64,000 bases of DNA from Elusimicrobiota bacterium (lineage in GTDB: Bacteria; Elusimicrobiota; Elusimicrobia; F11). The stretch covers positions 352,001-416,000 of the forward strand of contig JBGAON010000003.1 of the NCBI GenBank assembly GCA_044221725.1, in the 5' to 3' direction. Of the stretch, positions 11,135-19,959 are shown piece by piece. Numbering within the stretch: the stretch's first letter is position 1; every line of letters begins with the position of its first letter. The position numbers and the translations under genes were made by a program. The notes below the pieces were generated by a model, which was not told the origin of the DNA, ran no database searches, and saw only the letters and a list, made by a program, of their open reading frames with translations.

Positions 11135-11719
11135 ATGGAACCGATTCTTACACACAAACAAAAAGCTGTGTATCGCTTCATTCAGGAATACATAGAAGAA
11201 AATCACCGACCGCCATCGTTGCGGGAAATTGGCACGCACTTGGACTTGTCGGTGGGAACCGTGCAAGACCAGGTGGAAGCGATTCGTCGCAAAGGGTTTT
11301 TGGAAAAGGATCAAACGAAGGCGCGCGGTTTGCGGTTGCCAATGTCGGCGCACCAAGTACCGGTGTTGGGGCGCGTTCACGCCGGTCCTTTGCACGCGGC
11401 GATTGAAAACGTGGAAGGGTATTTGCCGGTCGGCTCCGGGTTCTCGCCCTCCAAACATTTTGCGCTCAAAGTGCGCGGCGACTCCATGATTGAGGCCGGA
11501 ATTTTGGAGGGGGACATGGTGATCGTGCGTGTGCAAGCGACGGCCGATGATGGCGACGTGGTGGTGGCGCGCATTGATGATGAAGCGACGGTTAAGAAAC
11601 TTCGCCGCCGCGGAACCAAAACCATTCTCGAGCCCGCCAACGCCGCTTATTCCACTATCGAAGGCCCGTTCGCGCTGTTGGGCGTCGTTGTGGAAGTGCG
11701 CCGGCAATTTAAGAAATGA
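11135..11719 (+). CDS. lexA: SOS repressor LexA
   Basis: PPSLREIG HTH, GRVHAG cleavage site, GDSM catalytic Ser, ATVKK catalytic Lys. Confidence 0.95.
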   Translation: MEPILTHKQKAVYRFIQEYIEENHRPPSLREIGTHLDLSVGTVQDQVEAIRRKGFLEKDQTKARGLRLPMSAHQVPVLGRVHAGPLHAAIENVEGYLPVGSGFSPSKHFALKVRGDSMIEAGILEGDMVIVRVQATADDGDVVVARIDDEATVKKLRRRGTKTILEPANAAYSTIEGPFALLGVVVEVRRQFKK

Positions 11720-11728
11720 CGGCTAAGC

Positions 11729-11810
11729 CGTCATCCTGGCACGTCGTTAGCCAGGATCCAAGTTAACAAAAGTAAAAATGGACCCTGGATAAAAACATTC
11801 CAGGGTGACG
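11729..11810. repeat. CGTC-type palindromic (REP-like) element, second copy
   Basis: CGTCATCCTGG...CCAGGATCCAAGTTAA...AATGGACCCTGGATAAAAACATTCCAGGGTGACG, similar to 5123-5194. Confidence 0.8.
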
Positions 11811-11820
11811 AGGAGTCAAT

Positions 11821-12570
11821 ATGTGGAGCGCGTTACCATCGGTTGCATTAGAAAATTTAATTGTGCCAGGGCCCGTCGAGCGCGGATTTTATGTGGCCCC
11901 AGGCGGTGGGGAATTGGTGCCAGCGGTTACAAAAAAGCTTGTTGACTTGTTGGATGTCGAAAGCGCTTCGGTAACGGAGCCGGCGGTGCCGCTCTACAAG
12001 CTGCGTTATTCGCAAACACGCTATTGGCGACGCAATTCGCGTATCGGTCAATTGCTGTGGATTGATTCTGGAAATATTTTTGATGGCTACGGGCTTTCCA
12101 TGGAAGCGCGGAAAAGGCGGCTTGATCCCAATCGAATTCTGCGCGCGGTAAAAGTGACGCGTCCGTTCAGTCTTTTGCAATTTCAACAAATGTTGGAAAG
12201 GGTTCCCAATCCAGCCTTATGGGCACCCAATAATAGTGGCTTTCCACCACTGCCTGAGAGGGTTCGAGGCGAGGGACTCAAAAACTCTCAGGCAGTGTGG
12301 TGGACGCCGCTCGTGATCATATCCGATTTGATGGGAATGTTTTACGACCCCAACGTGTCCGAGGAATCCGTCATTCGTGCGTTTCGCAGTTTTATGATTC
12401 GGCTGTCGTTTCTGCGCCAACGCGCCATCGTTTTGGCGTTCCTGCGAAACGAACCGGCGCCGTTAACGCGTCAACACTTGTTGCCCGATGTGCTCAAACT
12501 GGCGCGACGTGTGTATTCGCAGCCGGATGCACAGGTTCCGCCGGCGCCTTTGCTGGCAAGGGTTGGATAA
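11821..12570 (+). CDS. Degenerate RecA/Rad51-fold protein (ImuA/ImuY-like)
   Basis: LLWIDSGNIFDGY...LDPNRILRAVKVTRPFSLLQ and LVIISD resemble the RadA/Rad51 core; no intact Walker A; directly after lexA with an AGGAG RBS. Confidence 0.55.
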   Translation: MWSALPSVALENLIVPGPVERGFYVAPGGGELVPAVTKKLVDLLDVESASVTEPAVPLYKLRYSQTRYWRRNSRIGQLLWIDSGNIFDGYGLSMEARKRRLDPNRILRAVKVTRPFSLLQFQQMLERVPNPALWAPNNSGFPPLPERVRGEGLKNSQAVWWTPLVIISDLMGMFYDPNVSEESVIRAFRSFMIRLSFLRQRAIVLAFLRNEPAPLTRQHLLPDVLKLARRVYSQPDAQVPPAPLLARVG

Positions 12571-12577
12571 TTAATAG

Positions 12578-13357
12578 CTAGATGTTCGGAAGAAAATTCT
12601 GAAGACCAATTACCTTGTCCGTGCTTTCGCCGGGTTTTTTCCAATAAAGCTGAACCATCGCAAGTCCAACGCCCTGGAAATATTCAATTTTGATTTTGTG
12701 CGGGCCTTTGCTCAAAGGAATTACATACGAATCGCGGGTCGGGTTCCGCGTCGCCCAATCTTCGATAATTTTCACGTCATCGATATACACGCGGCAGCCG
12801 TCGTCGCTAAGGATTGAAATTTCGTAGTCCCCATTCACAGGGACGTCCAGGTATCCGGTCCATCGCACCGAAAAGTCCGCTGCTCGGCGAAATGTAAAGG
12901 GGCCGCCGGAATTGTCATGCCAACGGAAATCAATCTTGAGATCCTTCCGAGTAAAAACAAGGTTGTCGAAATCGCGACCTGAGTAATACTCCCCAATCAA
13001 ACCGTGTTTGGACAAATAAAACTGATCGAGCGCCATCCAACCAATTACCGAGAAAACCAAAATTAGAAAAAGGGCGCGGACAGATCTGCGCCGGGCCGTT
13101 CGCTTCAATGCTTCAGGATCGGTGACAAATCTAATGACTTTGAAGATGAGGCCCATCACCAAATTCAGCAACGGATCGGGCGCGGTCGTGGAGTCAGAGT
13201 ATTTTTCGCTGATTCTTTGTGCACGTTGGTCTTCTTTGGTCAAAGCATCAATTTCTGCTTTGATGAGTTTTAATGTTGCGTTCGCCATTTCCGGATCGCT
13301 CCCGCGCAGCGATTCGTAAACAGAAATACGTTTTTTTATCCGATCAATTTCGTCCAT
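12578..13357 (-). CDS. Membrane-anchored PA14-domain protein
   Basis: GLIGEYY, FSVRWTGYL, SDDGCRVYID, GPHKIKIEYFQ. Confidence 0.85.
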   Translation of the reverse strand: MDEIDRIKKRISVYESLRGSDPEMANATLKLIKAEIDALTKEDQRAQRISEKYSDSTTAPDPLLNLVMGLIFKVIRFVTDPEALKRTARRRSVRALFLILVFSVIGWMALDQFYLSKHGLIGEYYSGRDFDNLVFTRKDLKIDFRWHDNSGGPFTFRRAADFSVRWTGYLDVPVNGDYEISILSDDGCRVYIDDVKIIEDWATRNPTRDSYVIPLSKGPHKIKIEYFQGVGLAMVQLYWKKPGESTDKVIGLQNFLPNI

Positions 13358-13358
13358 A

Positions 13359-14525
13359 TTATGCCCCTAGCAAAGTAGCCGTCGTCCGACTGGTTTGGGA
13401 GAAGGTGGCCCGCGCAGCGAGAATTGCAAAAAACGGATACCACCAAACAAAATAGTTCGCCGCGACAGCTGTGGTTAATAAAAGATAATTCAAAAAAGCG
13501 ACCGTCGCGGCGCACAGCACGACTTGATTTTGCGGATTTCTATATCTCTGAACGCATGACCACACGAGCAGCGCAGAAAATGAAATTTTCAAAAGCATCG
13601 GAACCATTGGCGATAAATGCGAGTACCAACTGTGGATTGAACCGTACGAGCGCAGAATCAGAAACAGAAAAATATTTTCCGTAAAAGCGGAGGGCTGACT
13701 GAGAAAGAAAGGAAGGGCTGGGCTTATCCCGAGCAGGAAACCGAGAAACAAATTCCTCTTTGGATAATTCGATCCCCAAATTACCAGGAGCAGCGCCCCC
13801 GGAATCAACTTCGAGCATGTTGAAAGGCCCAGCAAAATACCTGAGAGGAATAACCGCGAGTCAAGCATCAAGAACGAAGCGAGTGCAAAAGCAATAGGTA
13901 TAACGTCGTTGGAGCCCTGACGATAAATTTTGTGGCCGACGAAATTTAACCAAAGATAGAGTACCGATGAGAAAATCGCAACCGTTCGACTGGCTAGCGT
14001 TGGACGCTGACTTAAAAGCAAGAAGGCAATCGCCATATCGAAAAAGAAATTTGTAACGAGAATTCCTTGAAGTCCGTAAATCGACGACAGCGGCGTGTAA
14101 ACCAGCAGCGTGATCGGCAGATATTTATATCCTTGGAACATGTGCGGCGGCCTGGCAAAATCCGCGTGATAGTCAATGACGGCGCTGTAGGGATTTTGGC
14201 CGTGAAGCAACGTGGTAATGGCTCGCATCGACGTAAACGAAATGTCGGTCAAATTGGGACTGTTTAGGCATTGGACAAAGAAAATGAACCGACGAGAAAG
14301 CAGGTACGTCCAAAATATCAGCAAGACCAAATCAATTTTTGGTGAAACGTTTTCGAGCGGTTGGAACGCCACCGAAGAGACAAAATAATTAATAACGAGG
14401 ACAAGGAAAATTAACTTCGCGAGTTCAAATCCATTGAAATCGTACTGGAAAAACTTTCTTGAGAAAAAATCGAGTGTCCATAGCGCGATGGCAAATTTCA
14501 CCGCTATGAACGAATGCTTATTCAT
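13359..14525 (-). CDS. GT-C-type membrane glycosyltransferase (GT87/DUF2029-like)
   Basis: Multi-TM; LLHGQNPY, YKYLP, QGSND, GLSTCSK, NYFVWW motifs. Confidence 0.7.
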   Translation of the reverse strand: MNKHSFIAVKFAIALWTLDFFSRKFFQYDFNGFELAKLIFLVLVINYFVSSVAFQPLENVSPKIDLVLLIFWTYLLSRRFIFFVQCLNSPNLTDISFTSMRAITTLLHGQNPYSAVIDYHADFARPPHMFQGYKYLPITLLVYTPLSSIYGLQGILVTNFFFDMAIAFLLLSQRPTLASRTVAIFSSVLYLWLNFVGHKIYRQGSNDVIPIAFALASFLMLDSRLFLSGILLGLSTCSKLIPGALLLVIWGSNYPKRNLFLGFLLGISPALPFFLSQPSAFTENIFLFLILRSYGSIHSWYSHLSPMVPMLLKISFSALLVWSCVQRYRNPQNQVVLCAATVAFLNYLLLTTAVAANYFVWWYPFFAILAARATFSQTSRTTATLLGA

Positions 14526-14585
14526 AGGATAAATATACTTGCTCTCAATTTATGAAGCAATTACTGTTTTAATAATCTCCACGTG

Positions 14586-16277
14586 ATGAACCTCGAAAAA
14601 CAAACATATCGCCTTCGGCCGAAGACTGTTTTTTGGGTCTTTGCCTCTCTATGGATTCTCTATTTCATCGTCATCTGGTGGCGTGCGGTGCACTTCGATT
14701 CCGTCGGAAATATGATTACCGGACACGTTGGAATATGGGGGGATGGGGCGCTGCATTTCACCATGGGCTCCGCGCTGGCGTTCCGCGATTTGTTTCTCAC
14801 GCAGAGTCCGCTGTTGGTAAACGCACCGTTCCGATATCCGTTAGCGGTTAACTTTATCTCCGCGGTTCTCATTCGCTTTGGAGTTCCGTTTTTTTCGGCC
14901 TTTACGGTCCCCAGTTTCTTTTATTGTGTTTTTTTTATCGTGGCTCTCTTCATATTTTATCGGGAGTATTTTAATTCGGAAGTCGTCGCATTCGTAAGTG
15001 GATTTGTCTATCTTTTGAACGGCGGCTTTGGATTTTTTTATTTTTTCGGTGACGTCGCGAATTCTCTGGCGCCGTGGCACACTCTATTTTATCCGCCGAC
15101 GCAGTACACTTATAACACCGCCAGCGATCTTCAGTGGCATTCGATCATCGATAGCATGATAATTCGCCAACGGTCGTTTCAATTGGGATTCCCAATCGCG
15201 CTGGTCGTGCTTCTGTTGGTTATGAATTCGTTCAAGCGGAATAAGTCCGCTCCAGCACTTTCAACGATTTTTTTAGCCGCAATTCTGTGGGGACTTCTTT
15301 CCATTGTGCATACGCATTCTTTTCTTGCCGTTGGAATAATTTTGGGTTGCTGGGCGTTCGGAAGCCTGGCGCTTGATCGCGACGCAAATTGGACGCGTCG
15401 CCTCGCGATGTGGGCATTGCTGCCAAGCGTTGCGTTGATCGTGGCGGCGCCTTTTTTGTTGCGGTACTCGCTAATTTCGGGTGGCAGTGCGATGCTATGG
15501 AAACCGGGTTGGTACGCGAATACATTCCGAACATGGATCTCTTTTTGGCTGATGAATTGGGGGCTCACGCCGATTGTGGCCCTGATCGGTGTCGCACTTT
15601 GGATTCGCGAACAACCGTCAAAAAAAGAAAGACTCAGAATGCTGTTTTGGTTCCTTCCATTCGCTAGTTTGTTTGCAATTGTGAATCTTGTCCAGCTACA
15701 TCGATGGATTTGGGACAACACCAAATTGCTCGTGTGGGCTTCTGTCGGAATTTCGGGTCTGGCGGGATTTGTAATCGTTCGACTGTACGAACGGCGTCAC
15801 CGAACCGTAAGCATTCTGCTCTTCATCGTTTTGATCCTTTCCGGTTTCCTTGATACTTATCGCACGTTGATTCCGTCACTGAATTCCAATCAAATGTATT
15901 CAGCCGAAGAGTTGGCGCTTGGACGGTGGGCGCGCGAGAATACACCGGTTAATTCCATTTGGTTGTCGGCACCGTATCACTACAACTGGGCATTTAATCT
16001 CACCGGAAGGCAGCCCGTGATGACTTACGACGGATGGTTATGGTCGCACGGTTACAACTATCTGCAAATTCAAAATGACGTAAAGGAATTGTTTGCTCAC
16101 CCGGAAAAATCTGATTTATTCAAAGAGTATGGCATCTCCTACATTGTGATGGGGCCGCGCGAAAAACAGATGATGGGAGCAAACAACGATGCGTTCGCTA
16201 AAATTTTTACGATCGCGATAAAGAGCGAGAACTACACTGTTTACTTTCTACCGTTGCCCGCCCCAGTTCCAAAATAA
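14586..16277 (+). CDS. Large multi-TM GT-C-like glycosyltransferase
   Basis: WGDGALH loop, many TM segments, C-terminal W.RENTP...TGR...WLWSHG...YGISYIVMG domain. Confidence 0.65.
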   Translation: MNLEKQTYRLRPKTVFWVFASLWILYFIVIWWRAVHFDSVGNMITGHVGIWGDGALHFTMGSALAFRDLFLTQSPLLVNAPFRYPLAVNFISAVLIRFGVPFFSAFTVPSFFYCVFFIVALFIFYREYFNSEVVAFVSGFVYLLNGGFGFFYFFGDVANSLAPWHTLFYPPTQYTYNTASDLQWHSIIDSMIIRQRSFQLGFPIALVVLLLVMNSFKRNKSAPALSTIFLAAILWGLLSIVHTHSFLAVGIILGCWAFGSLALDRDANWTRRLAMWALLPSVALIVAAPFLLRYSLISGGSAMLWKPGWYANTFRTWISFWLMNWGLTPIVALIGVALWIREQPSKKERLRMLFWFLPFASLFAIVNLVQLHRWIWDNTKLLVWASVGISGLAGFVIVRLYERRHRTVSILLFIVLILSGFLDTYRTLIPSLNSNQMYSAEELALGRWARENTPVNSIWLSAPYHYNWAFNLTGRQPVMTYDGWLWSHGYNYLQIQNDVKELFAHPEKSDLFKEYGISYIVMGPREKQMMGANNDAFAKIFTIAIKSENYTVYFLPLPAPVPK

Positions 16278-16731
16278 ACGAAAACTCTTCCGGCGTTACC
16301 GGTTGCACCGATAGCCGACTGCCGCGGCGAACGACGACCATGTCTTTGAGCGGCGGTGACGAGCGTAATGTTTCAAGCGGCACGTAAGTCGGAAATTTTT
16401 CCACAAATTGCACGTCAACCATGAACCACAGCGGCTTCTCCGGCGTTGATCGCGGATCGTAGTAATCGCTCTTCGGGTCCCACGACGAGTTGTCCGGATA
16501 CGCTTCTTTGCACACGCGCGCAACGCCGGCCACGCCCGGTGGTTCGGTGCTCGAGTGATAAAACAAAATCAGGTCGCCCACTTTCATCGCCTTCATATTG
16601 TTGCGTGCTTGATAATTGCGCACGCCGTCCCACGGCGCAGGGCTTTTCTTTTGCAAATCATCAATCGAAAAAACATGGGGTTCTGTTTTCATGAGCCAAT
16701 ATCTTTGGCCCGATGGTGATGGGGAAGAAAT
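16207..16731 (-). CDS. EVE-domain protein
   Basis: RYWLMKTEP, WDGVRNYQARN, GDLILFYHS, RLSVQPV; start uncertain (ATT 16731 after AAGGAG, or ATG 16692). Confidence 0.9.
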   Translation of the reverse strand: MSSPSPSGQRYWLMKTEPHVFSIDDLQKKSPAPWDGVRNYQARNNMKAMKVGDLILFYHSSTEPPGVAGVARVCKEAYPDNSSWDPKSDYYDPRSTPEKPLWFMVDVQFVEKFPTYVPLETLRSSPPLKDMVVVRRGSRLSVQPVTPEEFSFILELGRATVESKQCSSRSLSRS

Positions 16732-16748
16732 GTTAATCTCCTTTTGCC

Positions 16749-17789
16749 ATGTGGATTCAAGGAATCGGGACTGCGGTTCCGCCTCAGCCAACCTCGCAGC
16801 AAGACACGTTGCAGTTTGTGCTTTCGCGCTTCGACGTTCACGACCGAACAAAACAACTCTACAAAAAGACGCTATCGAACGCGTCGATCGAAAAGCGTCA
16901 CTTTTCTCTCTCCACTCTCGATCAAGTTCTTGATCAAAACCACGACCGAAAAAACGCACGCTTTGAGCGCTCCGCGGTTCAACTTTCCACTCGCGCGCTA
17001 AACGTTGCTCTTTCAAACGCAAACGTTTCGTCGTCCGATCTTGATTACGTGATTGTCACCACGTGTACCGGCTATTTGTGCCCGGGGCTGAGCGCCCACT
17101 TGGTCGAATCGTGCAACTTGCGTGGCGATGTTCGTACGGCCGATCTTGTTGGCATGGGGTGCGGCGCCGCGATGCCGGCGCTCGAGCAAGCGTGCAATTT
17201 CTTGCACGCCAATCCGGGTCGCACCGCCGCGGTGGTGTGCACCGAAATTTGTTCGGCGGCGATGGTGTCCAATGATGAGGTGGACATCGTGATATCGAAC
17301 ACAATTTTTTCGGATGGCTCCGCTGCGCTCATTTTGTCGAACAAGCCAAGTCATGTTCGAATTCACGAATTCCAAACGTTGATTGTTCCGGAGTGGCGTG
17401 AAACGTTACGATTTCGCACCGAGAACGGTCACCTAAAAAACGTTCTCGGAAAAAAAGTACCTGAGCAATCGGCCATCGCTATGCGGACGATTGCGGGACG
17501 TTTGCTGAGCGCCCGCAATCTCACGCCGTCGGATATCGAACACTGGGTCTTGCACGCCGGCGGTGAAAAAATTTTGGACCGACTTCAAAAAGAATTTTCG
17601 TTGAGCGAAAAGGCGTTGCGTTCGTCGCGAACGGTTCTGCGTAATTACGGAAACATGTCGTCGCCCACCGTGTTGTTCTGCCTTGACGAGGAAATTCGCA
17701 CGCGCGCCGCGCGTGACGGAAAATGGGGAATCCTTGGTTCGTTTGGCGCTGGTTTCTCGGCGTTCGGCGCAATTCTCGAATGGATGTGA
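16749..17789 (+). CDS. Type III polyketide synthase (chalcone/alkylresorcinol-synthase family)
   Basis: Catalytic triad motifs GMGC, LHAGG, YGNMSS; FGAGF. Confidence 0.95.
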   Translation: MWIQGIGTAVPPQPTSQQDTLQFVLSRFDVHDRTKQLYKKTLSNASIEKRHFSLSTLDQVLDQNHDRKNARFERSAVQLSTRALNVALSNANVSSSDLDYVIVTTCTGYLCPGLSAHLVESCNLRGDVRTADLVGMGCGAAMPALEQACNFLHANPGRTAAVVCTEICSAAMVSNDEVDIVISNTIFSDGSAALILSNKPSHVRIHEFQTLIVPEWRETLRFRTENGHLKNVLGKKVPEQSAIAMRTIAGRLLSARNLTPSDIEHWVLHAGGEKILDRLQKEFSLSEKALRSSRTVLRNYGNMSSPTVLFCLDEEIRTRAARDGKWGILGSFGAGFSAFGAILEWM

Positions 17790-17790
17790 G

Positions 17791-18486
17791 ATGAATTTTA
17801 CCGAGCGCATTGATAGGCCCGAGTTGATGGACAGCGAAGTTTTTCCGGTTGATGAGATGCGCAGCGCACTGCGGTTTTTGGGAATAACGAACCGGTTCTT
17901 TGATGGAAGTGCGGTCATCGTTCGCCATTTCGAAAGTTGGTCCCGCGCGTGGAATCCGCAACAACCGATCCGTGTGCTCGACGTCGGCACGGGCGGCGCG
18001 GAAATTCCAATAGCGGTTGTGCGCTGGGCGCGTGAACGAAATCTTCGTATGCATGTGACCGCCATTGATTTGGTCAGCGAGGTGGCAAGCATTGCTCGCG
18101 AAAATACGCGCGACTATCCCGAAATTACCGTGCTTCAGAAAAATGTTTTTGATCTCGAGGAAACGACGTTCGATTACGTGACCGCGTCGTTATTGTTTCA
18201 TCATGTGCGTCCGTCCGAATCCGTGCGTTTGCTGCAATTGTTTGATCGTCTTGCTACGCGGGGAATTGTTATTTCCGATTTGTTGCGATCCCGTTCGAGC
18301 TATGTTGCGGTTAGTGCGCTCAGCTATTTGATCGGTAACCGAATTGTCCGACACGATGGTCCACTCTCGGTGCGACGCGCGTTTCATTCACAGGAACTGC
18401 AATTGCTCGCACAGCAAGCAGGCCTCAACTATCTCCGCGCACAAAATGAGCCGTGGTTTCGCTTGAGTCTTGCCGGACAAAAATGA
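17791..18486 (+). CDS. SAM-dependent methyltransferase (type III PKS-associated)
   Basis: ELMD, VLDVGTGGA, SLLFHH, RHDGPLSVRRAF. Confidence 0.9.
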   Translation: MNFTERIDRPELMDSEVFPVDEMRSALRFLGITNRFFDGSAVIVRHFESWSRAWNPQQPIRVLDVGTGGAEIPIAVVRWARERNLRMHVTAIDLVSEVASIARENTRDYPEITVLQKNVFDLEETTFDYVTASLLFHHVRPSESVRLLQLFDRLATRGIVISDLLRSRSSYVAVSALSYLIGNRIVRHDGPLSVRRAFHSQELQLLAQQAGLNYLRAQNEPWFRLSLAGQK

Positions 18487-19592
18487 AGACCGCATGCGTG
18501 ATCGGAGCAGGCCCCGCGGGACTTAGCGCTGCCATCGGACTTTCTCGAAGCGATTATCAAGTCACGGTATGGGAACAGCGCCCCCTATGGCAAGGTCGCG
18601 TGTGCGGCGGCTTTATCAATTCGGAAGCCGTCCGGCATTTGAAATGGCTCGGTGTGTGGAATCAAATTTCAATCGAGGCGGTACCCATTTCGGAAACGAA
18701 AGTGACGTTTGGAAACAATCGCGACGAACTTGCAATCGCGCATTACGATGAGGTGGGCATCCCAAGAAAAAATCTGGAAGAAACATTGATTCGCCAAGCA
18801 CAATCGGAAGGCGTCGAAATAAAATTCGGCCAACGCTTCAAACCCGAAGGAAACCCCACCGCCGACCTCATTGTAATTTCCTCCGGCCGCGGCTTAATTC
18901 CACTCTCTGCGGCCCGCAGCGAATCGGGGCCTGCCCCCCGTAGCCCGCAGGGCGAAGGGGGGTGGTACGGTTGGAACGCCCAGTTCAAAAACGCAAACCA
19001 ACGCGCCGGTCAAATGTCGATCCAATTCTATTCGCGCGGCTACGTCGGTACGCTCACACACGCGGACGGCACCACAAACGTGTGCGGGCTTGTTCAACGG
19101 AAGCCGAACGAACGGCCACAGTGGGACTCTGTTTTCGAGGAAGCAAAGGAAAAGAGTCACGGCTTTCTGTTGCGGCTCGGCCAAGCCGATCGCATCAGCG
19201 AATGGCGCGCCGTTGGCCCGCTCCCTTACGCGCGTGGTCGCCGTCATAGTTTTGCGGAAACATATTTTGTCGGAGACGCCGCCGCTGTAGGAGATCCTTA
19301 TATGGGAGAGGGAATTGGGCGTGCTCTTAGCGCGGGTCCCATGATTTACGATGCGCTCTCCGAACAGACATCGATTGAGCATTTCAATCGTTCATGGTTG
19401 AACGCCTACGACGGTCGATTCCGAGTTGGGCGAACACTGCGTTGGTTGCTCGAGCACCCGTTTTGGTTGTTCATATTTGGTAAAAGTCTCGGAGCTCGAA
19501 GCACAGCGAAACTCTGGAGACACCTCAATGACTACGGATACAAATCAAAAAACCTATCACGTCCGAAATTCCGAGAAATGCTTTCGGTTTAA
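18483..19592 (+). CDS. FAD-dependent oxidoreductase/monooxygenase
   Basis: VIGAGPAG, RVCGG, VGDAAAVGDPYMGEGIGRA. Confidence 0.88.
   Translation: MKTACVIGAGPAGLSAAIGLSRSDYQVTVWEQRPLWQGRVCGGFINSEAVRHLKWLGVWNQISIEAVPISETKVTFGNNRDELAIAHYDEVGIPRKNLEETLIRQAQSEGVEIKFGQRFKPEGNPTADLIVISSGRGLIPLSAARSESGPAPRSPQGEGGWYGWNAQFKNANQRAGQMSIQFYSRGYVGTLTHADGTTNVCGLVQRKPNERPQWDSVFEEAKEKSHGFLLRLGQADRISEWRAVGPLPYARGRRHSFAETYFVGDAAAVGDPYMGEGIGRALSAGPMIYDALSEQTSIEHFNRSWLNAYDGRFRVGRTLRWLLEHPFWLFIFGKSLGARSTAKLWRHLNDYGYKSKNLSRPKFREMLSV
18933..18962 (+). repeat. GTAGC/GAAGG palindromic repeat copy in frame in the oxidoreductase (APRSPQGEGG)
   Basis: GCCCCCCGTAGC-CCGCAGG-GCGAAGGGGGG has the same arms as 23146-23172 with a different loop. 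Confidence 0.7.
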
Positions 19593-19944
19593 GCCCGACG
19601 CATTTTGCTCGCACGCACCCACGAACCGCGGTATTTACGAACTTGTGACGTTCGATGAAAATCAAAACCCCAAAGTTTTGTTTGTCGGAGCCGCGTTTGA
19701 AAAAGGAATTTTGGAATCGCTCGAAGCGCACGCGGCGGGCACGATCGAACCCAAAGCAAATGACTTGCTCGCGAAATTTCCCAATTTGTATTTCGATTAT
19801 CTCACCGAGATGGACGCAAAAACCAAAGAAGATGCGCAGGATATCTACTGGTGGTTGATTCAAAAGCACAAACCGCCGTTTAACGATCTTTCCACGCCGC
19901 ACTCCGCGCGCTACGAAAAAATCGACGTCGTTGAGGCCAATTAA
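19528..19944 (+). CDS. Hypothetical protein with a degenerate GIY-YIG-like fold
   Basis: APTNRGIYEL...VLFVGAA...LEAH...LIQKHKPPFN; the usual catalytic Arg and Glu are not evident. Confidence 0.5.
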   Translation: MTTDTNQKTYHVRNSEKCFRFKPDAFCSHAPTNRGIYELVTFDENQNPKVLFVGAAFEKGILESLEAHAAGTIEPKANDLLAKFPNLYFDYLTEMDAKTKEDAQDIYWWLIQKHKPPFNDLSTPHSARYEKIDVVEAN

Positions 19945-19959
19945 TTTTCTGAACTGAAG

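Noticed and set aside
16732..17022. N-terminal extension of the EVE ORF in the ORF track
   Set aside because: Antisense to the PKS gene; EVE homology begins at YWLMK
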